From Dirinaria sp. TL-2023a (taxonomy: Eukaryota), in assembly GCA_051941275.1 (NCBI GenBank), contig JAVEBF010000027.1, positions 1-47,225 on the forward strand: a stretch of 47,225 nt of DNA, in the 5' to 3' direction. Position numbers and translations under genes: made by a program. Shown here piece after piece: positions 37,472-47,225 of the stretch; position 1 is the first letter of the stretch, and every line of letters starts with the position of its first letter. The notes beneath the pieces were generated by a model. That model was not told the origin of the DNA. It did no database searches and worked only from the letters and a program-made list of their open reading frames with translations.

Positions 37472-38356
37472 TGCAGCAAGGAGACTAAGCGCTCTCAGAG
37501 GATTTCATTCAAGGATGATATGATAAGGACCTTAGGGATCTGAAAATATAGAGCTAAATCTTGCATTTTAAATTGTCTAAGAACATTCGAAAGGACTCTA
37601 GGAGGATGACTCCATGGTTGCATCGTGGATAATCTGTGTAACAACTTCGAGCATGGTGGGGCATGTTCAGGAGATTAGCATTGGATGGTTTGGCGAAAGG
37701 TTATTTAGAACTCATTCTTCAATCGCTCGATCGAGCCCAAGCATAGATCGATCTGCACAATGGGTAGGACAAAATGAAGCGAGCAGTTGAGCAATGACGT
37801 CGATACATCCCGAAGGAAGCTTTTTGTACTTCGAGCGATTATTTCCACACACACGTGTCACTCACCATTGTGACACATGCGCATGCATGGTCCCATCATC
37901 GTCGCGAAGTCGATCACCAGCTTTTCGCAACTCCGAAGTCGCCAGACAGTTCAACAGCATCGTCTGACCTGCTATAATTAGGAACGAAATTAAATGTGAA
38001 AGGATCGTTGGAAAGAGAAACTAGAGACAGAAATTATTATAATGAGCGATGGATTGAACTTGGATACATGGTAGTTAGAAGTATTTCTACTCGAAAAATC
38101 CCTTGAGAACATCTTAGGAGGAAAAGCGATGGTTCGACAATCGTTTCCCGACTATTTCACATAGTAGCATCTTCAAGCCTCAACAGGAAGGTGTAAATAC
38201 CTAGGTCCCCGCTAAGCACACACTCCCCCCCTTTTCTAATGTCACATTCATTCCCCTCACCCCTTCCTCCACTAAATACCAAACACTTCTCCATTCGACC
38301 TCACAATTGTTTCTTGGCATACCTTGTCTGAATTGATCACCTACCTTTAATAGGTC

Positions 38357-39814
38357 TTAATGCTTCGTTTTAACGCTCTCGCTGTTCTCTTCAACCAGCT
38401 GCTGACTTGCCTCAGCCCTATCTATCTCCTCAATATCGCGTACGATCTTCACAAGCCGACAGCGATTCTGCAATCCCAACGGTGCATCGCGAAATTCACC
38501 CCCCTGCCGAAGCCTTTGCTCGAATGTCGTCTTTTCCTCCTCATCAATTTCCAGTGATTCCAGACTTTTAGCCAACGCATTTTCGAAAATGTATGGCTTC
38601 CGAAGCTTCTGTATCAATGTCTTCCAATCCCAATGACCTTGTGTATCTTTCTGGACACATTCGACGCGGTCAAGATCCCAGATATAGTCAATCAACGAGC
38701 CAGAGACTAGGTGGTCACGCCAGAATGATTGAGTGATTGCTAACTTGGAATATATGGTTTTGCTGCAGCGGCGAAGGCGGAGAGTTGCAGCGGCTCCGGC
38801 ATGGAGCGCTATGAGTTGGATAATTTCGACGGAGAAAGTTTCGAGAGCGGTGAGAGAAGGTAATGAAAGATCAAAGGATGTGGTGACTGGTTGTGGTGAT
38901 TCCGGTGATAAAACAGTTCGGGTAGGAGAGAGTTTGCTCAGGATATAGGCAGTGAGGTCAGGGACATTGACTGCGTCCGCGCAAAGCCACTAGAACGGCT
39001 CGATAAATCAGCAACCCGATTTAACACGGGGAGTTGTCGATCCAGATGATCATACCTCCCATCCTGGTGTCCAACTCCAACCGGATCCATCAACGAACCT
39101 TGCAGCGCCGTAGTACTGATGCTCCCATTCCAACTTATAGGAACCGTATTCGCCTGGATAGGGATGGAACTTCTCTAACTGCTCTTCCACATCTGGATCA
39201 CCGTATGGCCAGCTCGTGAGGCGGTCGTGAAGGCGCAAAAACGCCTCGTAATAGCCTTCAAGGGATGTATGGTTCGAAATAGCAGATGGTGCGTTGCATA
39301 ATCTGTTGTATTGACCAGCCCGCCGCAAAATTTCGATGCAAGCTTCGTGCAGTGGGTAGAGAACAACACCGCGGCCAGCTTTTACCAGAACCTTCCATCG
39401 TTTCCCTCCCCAGCAGGAGAAATTGGAACCGTACGATTCTCTGCCTTGGATGGAGCAGCAGCCAAATTCTGCGCCATAGGCAGGAGGTGATACTCCGAAT
39501 GGTGTATCAGAGTTTTCCAAGTCACGGCTTCATCGCAACAGAACGGTTAGTTGAACGCTAACATGGAAGATGGTCAGAAAAGACGGGTTGATTGAAGAGC
39601 ATACCTAAATGTGCTTCGACCTATTATACGAAAATCTGCTAGATACTTGTTGGAATAAGCAAAACGAGAAAGTAGTACAGGGTGCAACGTTGTCTATTCC
39701 TCTAACCTTTGTCTGTGATGGTGACATGATGCTGGCCCCTTCGCTGCTGTCATCCTGCAAGACATCTTCGAAGGCGCAACCACAAACGGAACAGTACACT
39801 ATTGATCGTCCCAT
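38357..39814 (-). CDS. Fungal F-box domain protein, ~417 aa, 4 exons
   Basis: Exons 39814-39707, 39645-39605, 39527-39056, 38989-38357 (1254 nt, no internal stops). N-terminal YCSVCG, PLHEAC, F-box-like LETFSVEIIQLIALH...LRLRRCSK, SFWR, WDWK, PLGLQNRCRL. Confidence 0.75.
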
Positions 39815-41133
39815 GATTTGGATTTCAACGGGATATGACCTTTATTGAAATGTATGATACTTTTTGTCAAGGCTTCTTCGAAGAAGATATAATATCACCA
39901 TCCTTGTAGTTTTAGGTCTGGCTCAGATGGAATAATACAAGGAAGAGTGTGTTGAAGGTTGACTGTCTAGGGTTACAAGAGCTTATGTGCGCGACATGTC
40001 CGCAAGATGCCAAGCCTCCCTATGACATCCTAAGGCAACAACAATGTGGTGTCATCATGATACTAATATGGGGATGCGAGAGAGTCTGAAACCTGCGCCG
40101 CCACCTTCGGAAAATTTGGGGCTATGAAGAACTTCTAATTGACCCACGTCAGAGGGAGATCTTAATTTCCGTCCTCGCTTGGGTGCAGCGGATTTTGATT
40201 GCATTCCACCCACTGTTAGGTACGTGCATAATGCATGCCAGGAAACTTCATCCTACTGATTCATCTTAAGTCGCACAGAAGCTTTACTGAGTGGCACCGA
40301 AAGCTGGATTATCATAATTGTGTTTGGTCTCTCTGTTTCACGCTTATCAATTTCAGAAACATCTCGCGGCTGCCGATCAGAATGCTGTACCCTCCCGTGC
40401 CGCGGGAGTAGGATAATTCTGATGATCGTCGTTAGGTGATATGCACGGGCGTCATTTCGTCGACTCCAAGTGGTCGATTTCAGATGTAAGATTGATCAAA
40501 ACGACGGAGTCGTAAGAACGAATACTCTATGAAACAGAATTATCCTCAAATGCTAAATTTTAATTAGATGATATGAGGTATGCTGCTACAAGGGGTTGAG
40601 ATGATAGGAGAAAGAGGTGTGATAGATCGGTAGGCTTTGGTATGTGAAGCCTTGAAATTGTTTTGACATGGCAATTAGTAAGTAGATCCTAGGACGTGAT
40701 GCAGATCGGAAACTATCCAAATTGTAGGGAGCCGTTCAATATCGAATAGATCAACGGGATTACGAGCTCGATCGCTCTCCACCTCTACTGCAGCTTGATA
40801 GTCTCATAACCCAAGCGTCTCACATGTAATGCTTGGAACCTCGCCACAGATGATTCAAAACTCCTCATTCGCCTCGTATCACACACTGCGACAATGTGGA
40901 GTCAATCATCGACGCAATCACCTCGTATATATGTGAAGAGATTTGTTAGAAAGTCTTCGCATGACATTGTCCGAGTTTGATCCAATGAGGAGGGCTACTC
41001 ATGAGAAGGACATAGCCTCTAGCACTTTTGCTTCACATATAAGAGTCTGCGTATGTATTCTGCATGCAGCCTCTCATCGTTACTCTCTTCTATATTCTCC
41101 CTCGACTCAGTTTTCCCACATATTGTGTCTGTC

Positions 41134-44100
41134 ATGTGCCACTATCATTCTTATTTTTTCTCTTTGTTGCTGGTTTCTTGGCTGCAAGCCAGCCAGTCTA
41201 GTACCCAAGCGACCTTTACGTCACGGAAATCCATCACGACTTCCTCCCAAAGCTCGAACAAGTATGTCAAGGGAACAGCGCTTACAGATACTGCACAGCC
41301 AGGAACAAGCACTAGAGTGCTTTCCAGTGATGCACATGCCTCCAAATACTCCCTTTCGAACTCAACTATTATTCTTTCAACCCAGCCACCTTCTAATACC
41401 CGTAGAGCATCAAGCGGACTGCCAGGCTCCAGCAATGCAACTTCGATCGGTAGGTTCCCCACCACTGCTCCTAAACAGAAATCGAATTCAATCATGAAAT
41501 CCAATTCCAATCATTTTTCGGGGATTAGCACTCTTGATGGCGTGACTTGGAAGGCTCATCCATCCGGTGTCGTAGCTAACGGAATCATTTATCTAGATGG
41601 GTCATCTATTATCATAAGCAATCATACATTCTCTTTAAACTCATTTGCTACTGGAAGAATCAGTACCGTGGATAGTCAGACAAGCGAATAATCTCCGCTA
41701 ACCCTTAAGACGACTGAAACATCGAATGCTGGTAATGGTGGTAATGCTGGTAATGGTGGCCCAACCGCCAGCCCGACTCCTCCCACCTCGCAGACTGCAG
41801 CTGTCACTATCCCTACAAATCACTCCGGATCAATTACGGCAAGTGCAACCTTAACCTACACCATTGATCGAGTGACCTTTACAGGAAATCCAACAAGCCT
41901 GGCCATTGGGAATACTACGCTTACTCGAGGAGGCTCTCCTTTTATCAGCAACGGTCACACTTTCTTGATCCCTGCAACAGCAGCTAGTGGAGTCATCAAT
42001 GTTGATGGGAAACTGACAACATTGCCCCTCATATCGACGACCGCTTCGTCGCCAGGAGCCACTCTTAGTGGGTCTTCAAGCACTACAGGTGGTCTCGGTG
42101 AAAACTTTGGACCTGTTGGCTCAATCACCCTTAGTGACGCTAGCACCACCGTGACCTATGATGAAGTAGTGCTTGCCAAGTATAGCACCATCCAAACACC
42201 TACTGTCATAGTTACCGACTTTCCAGAACTCGACTCAAAAAGATCGACTACAACCTTAGTGAACGGCTCTATCATCGTCGGAAAAGGTGGTACAGTGCTC
42301 ATCCACCCTCCTAGCTTACCGACGGGTGGCGGGTCCATTGGTCTACTCGGACTTGGAGGACCAATCCGCCCTCCTGGTGGAAGTAACGGCTGTCCATCGT
42401 TTTTTGGCATATCATTTTGTCCGCCCTCAATCAATATTGAGCCTCCTGGCTCTACAAATGTCGATCCCGACGATTTGCCCGATGGAACCGATCCAAACAA
42501 TCCAGAAAACTTAGAAAAGAGTGTGACCGACACAACCAGATCTCAAGAGCAAACCTCGAAATCTAAAGAACAGACGAGCTTGTCGGACACTACGACTTCT
42601 ACTAAAAGTACTGTGTCTCGACCTTTAAGTGTCTCGGCTACTACCACTAAATCACCGAAAACATCTGGAATATCCACCTCAGGTTCAACGTCTTCAAGTA
42701 CAGAGTCATGCTCGGCTACTGGTTGTGGTTGCGTAACGCTGAGCTATGCACCAGACTCAACCCCTAATCCGCTAGATGATGACTTGAACGATATGAGAAA
42801 ACGAAAAGTCCCGGGCCGATTCATCAACAACAAACGAATCCAAAACAACTACGCTAGCAAAGTTGCTCAAAATGTGGGGTAAGGTGCATGCCCGGTCAAC
42901 AAATTCACCATCAAACCATCATATCCGGGACCTGCCGTCGTAGCCAATTATGAGGGAGGAAATCCTCCCCCAGAAATGGAGGCTTTTTATAAAACTGCAA
43001 CTTATTGGGCCGTACCTACAACCCCCCCAAGATGCGGAGCCCCTGTTTGGGGCTTCTTGAAAACTTCGGAGTTATCAAATCAAGCCAAAGGCGGCCCATG
43101 GGCTGTTGGTGGGAACAGGAAGTCTGTAAATATTGATCACGCCTGTACGTTTTCGCAGTCTTCTCACACCGCTTCTCTGTTCAGAAACCCTAACATTCAT
43201 TCTTAGATGAGGTTAGCCTTCTAGACGAGTTCTTCAAAGCGCAGATAGACGCTGGCTTCGTATGTGCCGATGTTACTAATCTTTTTGACCTCAATGACGG
43301 CAACACGGAGGGCACGCGACTTAATACGGTCTTTGACCAATTACCCTCGCTGACTAACCCGGATTTCGTTGGTATGGATGCAGCTCTCAATCGACTTAAA
43401 GGCTCCCTCTGGAATCCTAACCTTCAGGGTGCGAATCTCGCCTGCGCAAACTCCAATGCCTGCATACAATCACTTAGCAATATCGCCGTCATAATGGCCA
43501 TAGCCAATAACGAAAAAGTCAAAGAACTATTCTCCGCGAGCAACGGCAGAATATATGCCGCTTTCAAAGGTATCGACAACATTATTGATGGGCAAGCAGC
43601 CTGCGGTAACCCGATCAAAGGCGCCAATGGCGATCTTAAGGCAACATGGGCAGACGCCTACTCAACATGGATCACTGACAAAATCAAAAGCAACAACGAT
43701 GTCATTACAAAGACCGCCTCCGTAATCAGTACATCGATTAGCACCGACGTCGACGACGCGCCAGATAAGAAAAAAGGTACAGTGCGAAATTGGTCAGCGT
43801 TTGTTTCGAATTTCAATGATGCATATACTGTCGACTCCCTCACATTTCCACAGCCAACAGCGTGGCCAAATGATGGGCTTGGTATTCAGAGACGCGCCGT
43901 TGCGACTCAAGGCGCTGCGTGCTCGGTTTCGAGCCATTCTGCGTCTGCTGAGGGTACCACGAGCGGTGGATCAATCGATGTGCCCGACAGCAGCGTAACG
44001 AAAAGCGTATCGCATACTACGTCTGGTAGCAGTATCACGAGAGTTGTGCCACCCAGCACGATCACCAAGCCGCCGAGTACTTCCCGAATCGTCACTTCAT

Positions 44101-44319
44101 ACACTAGTCTAAGATTCACATGCACGGGCTCGAAGTAAGTTGGGACATCTAGAAACTGGGGAACACAAATCTGACTGAAATTGTTCTAGTGCGAACCCTG
44201 TTGATTCCGATTACCCTTGCTTATGTGAGGGACGTAGCTACTGCACTCAACCTACAGGTAACCCGTGTGGATGGACAACGACGCCGCCAGCGGAGAACTG
44301 CTGCTTGGATTGTTTCTGA
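41134..44319 (+). pseudogene. Large secreted Ser/Thr-rich multidomain precursor (~1020 codons) with two in-frame TAA stops
   Basis: Signal peptide MCHYHSYFFSLLLVSWLQASQS; one frame runs 41134-43144 through TAA at 41689-41691 and 42880-42882; introns 43145-43206 and 44135-44189; final Cys-rich exon ends TGA at 44319. Dibasic sites RKRK, NKR, QRR. Confidence 0.7.
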
Positions 44320-45364
44320 GATGATAGCAATTTCATAAGAGGCTCGCTGTACTGCTCAGTAAATTTCGCTTGCTTAAGCTTATCACAATTCTCGTTAGCT
44401 ACGGTTCGACCATCTACTATAGTTGCAGTGATCAGACTGCACTCGAATTGACTGAAAGTATCAGAATATTGTTCGCTCGCTATTTCTGACCGTCAGAAGC
44501 AACTGACGATACCAAGCTAGTTTAGTGAGCATACTCTGTGCTCAACTCACCCTTTGTGGGGTCCGACTGTTCATCGTCACTAAATGAACTAATTCTTGCG
44601 TCACAAATCCAGGTTTCTGCACTAAGATTGGAGTCATAGACAGACATGCAAGCAATTTGCTCTCCGCGCATATCTTCTTCGACATGGACTCATCGACATC
44701 ACGTTCGCAATCTAGTAGTTATTCGAAATTCTGTCACAGCGACGAGTTCTAATGCTGATGGTGGTAAGTCATTCTCATTCTTCGTTTTCTAGTACTCTCT
44801 TTGCTACGCTCAATCTCCTGTCGTAGTCAATAATTTCCACATTAGATCTTAATCTTTTCTAGTGTCCAGTGTATTCTTGAATCTTCTACCCCAACCAGAA
44901 AAGCAATAGACCTCATCACTTGACAAGAGAAACGTCATTGCGTTCGCAAATCAGCATCGTGTCCGAAGTCAACCTCCTCCAACCAGACATCGTCGACATC
45001 TCCATAACGCAACGGCTTCAACTCCTCGTCGAACGCCTCGAAAGGTAGCTTGGAGGGCTTGAGAGGAATGTTTTCAGATAAAATGGAGAGAGAGAGACAG
45101 ATATGTCAAGGGATGGATGATAAGAAGGTCAGCCATTGTCTCCTGTGTGAATTTTCGAAGACTCTTCTATACTCATCTTCAAACAGCATTTGATCACTTT
45201 GTGGTGGCTCGACATGACGTCTTCTCAATTGCCGCCCGTAGACTAATATGAATGCAGAAAAGAGATATCACAGTCCGCTCGTTCAGCAATCTAGGTACCT
45301 TTTCACCAGAGCCCAGAGCTTAGAGTCAAAGTTGATTGATCGCGCAGTTCCGCTCAAGTCAGCA

Positions 45365-46006
45365 ATGAAAGCACCGCGTGCTTCGCTCCCACCTCTTCGG
45401 GTTCTTTACCTGCGGATAGTAAGTGACTCTGGCGCTTCGTCTCTTTCCTCTCTCCTCTCGTTATATCAGTCCCCGAATGTTTTCCCGAACGAGATACACG
45501 CACGTACCACTCACTTACCCTATTGCAAATTAGAGCTTTCCATTGACTAGTGGTGAACGGCACAAACCGCCCTAAACAGACTCCTAAACCACCACACCTC
45601 CCATCTCCAACACCTCAACGACCGCGCCGAGAAGCTAAACGAATACATAAACACTGACAGCTTGTTACTGAACCGCCTTCTTGCAGAGCAGAAGATCCGC
45701 AGTCCAATCTCCACTCTCCAGCCTACGTTTGCTCTTACTTCTGCTTCTGCTTCTTTATTGCGCACTACAAACGTCTCTCGAATGGCTCCGCTATCCGACG
45801 ACACCGCTATGACAGATCTCCAAAGTCGCATCCTCTTCGCCCGCCGCTGACTCAAGTCTCTCGAAGCATTCGTCGTGTCGCATGGAGAGGAATATCGAAG
45901 GACTGAGAAGATCATGAGACAGAAGAGGAGTGAGCAGAGTGAAATTATTGATGTTCGAAAAGCTCAGCCTGAGCATGATGAGGCTGGTGAAGACGAGTGA
46001 AGGAAT
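45365..46006 (+). pseudogene. Degenerate coiled-coil-like coding relic
   Basis: ORFs 45248-45550 and 45662-45850 are in the same frame and join through stops: ...ELSID*W*TAQTALNRLLNHH...ILFARR*LKSLEAFV...; boundaries approximate. Confidence 0.4.
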
Positions 46007-47206
46007 AGAGGAGAGGACAGGGGCTGATGAATCGGGGAAAAAAGGAGACATGCAAAAAAGCGAGTTCGCTCGCGAAAGATGGCGCAGCGGACGGTAAAGC
46101 CGCTTACCATTCCAGGAGGAATGGGAGGAATTATTCGCTCGTGGAACCTCTTCTTGATCTATCTACACGAGGTAGAAGGTGCAAGACAGGAGTTCAAACA
46201 ATGTTTACATTCGAAACTATCAGTCGGCGACGGAAAGGAACCCGCTCGAGAACTCTACAGGTCTTGATGTAGCGGCTGATAGGCGATTTCGTGACAAATT
46301 TTGCGTGTTTGTTTAGCTTCCTTTTTTGCGTGGGGTAAATGATTGATTCCTGTATGGGTGATGGGCTCATGCTAAGGATGAGCTGGATCAACTTTTGGAG
46401 GTATTAGGACTAAATCTAGGTTCTGTGCTCCGGCCTGTGGGTTTTGTCATTGATTGATCGAGGTCCAACATCTTCATGGGCATCGGATCAAGCTCACTAC
46501 GCCACCTACGGATATGATTTCTCAACAGTCAAGTTTGAGACTTAGATGAAGCGGGGAAGCAGTGAGCAAGTGTCCGGCAGGGTAGGTATAGAGGCAATGC
46601 AGGACGAGATTGTATGGAAGTGAGGGGCTCAAGAAGAATGCTGAGGAAGCTTGATCAATAAATGTGGTGTGACGAGTTATATTGAAATTCGACTTAGCTA
46701 GTAATTGGCTTACAATTCTTTATATTCTGACCATTTGAGACGTTCACATCCAATGTGACCCTCTTTTTTGTACCCGAAATGTGCTGCGCGCCATGTCGAC
46801 TCCAAACATCACACGACTCAGGATCAAGCCTTTTAGGCTTCTGTAAACCTAGCACCTAAATTTGCTAGTCTTCGCAGAAGACCCAATCACTTTGGTCTAA
46901 TTCGATCTGTCCAATATTCAGGAACTAACAAAAGCCTCTGTGTCTCAATAGCGTTGTCCCTAAGCTGGATGATTAGATCCGCATAATTGAGCTTCCCTTC
47001 CCAATCCTTGCCTCTGAGACCGCTCGTCCCTTTCGGCCCAATGGCTTGCCGACGGTTCGAGTTCTGGTGATCGATACTCCCGTCAGTGTTGTATCTCAAG
47101 CCGTCTAAGCCGCCGACGCCGCCGGGTCCACCTTGACCTCCTGCATAGCGACGGCAGCATAGACTTCATTGTGTGGGAGATGTTGGGGCGATATACCGAG
47201 ACCACT

Positions 47207-47225
47207 TTAGGGTTAGGGTTAGGGT
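47207..47225 (+). repeat. Telomeric repeat (TTAGGG)n at right end of window
   Basis: TTAGGG TTAGGG TTAGGG T running to the last base, G-rich strand pointing outward as expected for a chromosome end; only 3 copies visible. Confidence 0.85.

Noticed and set aside
27400..47225. Intact transposase, Starship tyrosine recombinase, telomere-linked helicase, tRNA or rRNA genes
   Set aside because: No diagnostic motifs or sufficiently long ORFs found by eye; degenerate copies cannot be excluded.

Overview
Fungal (ascomycete, probably lichen-forming Lecanoromycete, by inference from gene content) chromosome end: the window terminates in TTAGGG repeats. Genes have short spliceosomal introns, which I reconstructed by hand. 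The core is a four-gene secondary-metabolite cluster (10.0-27.4 kb): a non-reducing PKS (SAT-KS-AT-PT-ACP-CMeT-esterase), a cytochrome P450, a Trt5/AusD-type methyltransferase and a DHA1 MFS transporter. This matches the gene content of the lichen atranorin (atr1-4) cluster. To its left are an AA5_2 galactose-oxidase-like gene, a small secreted protein and a 3-exon, 75-aa defensin-like peptide gene that the ORF track misses. To its right is a decaying subtelomeric zone: about 7.5 kb without intact genes, a nonsense/frameshift pseudogene of a membrane protein, an intact secreted DUF4430-like protein, an F-box gene, a large secreted toxin-like precursor broken by two TAA codons, further relics, and the telomere. 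All family assignments come from motif recognition, not database searches.
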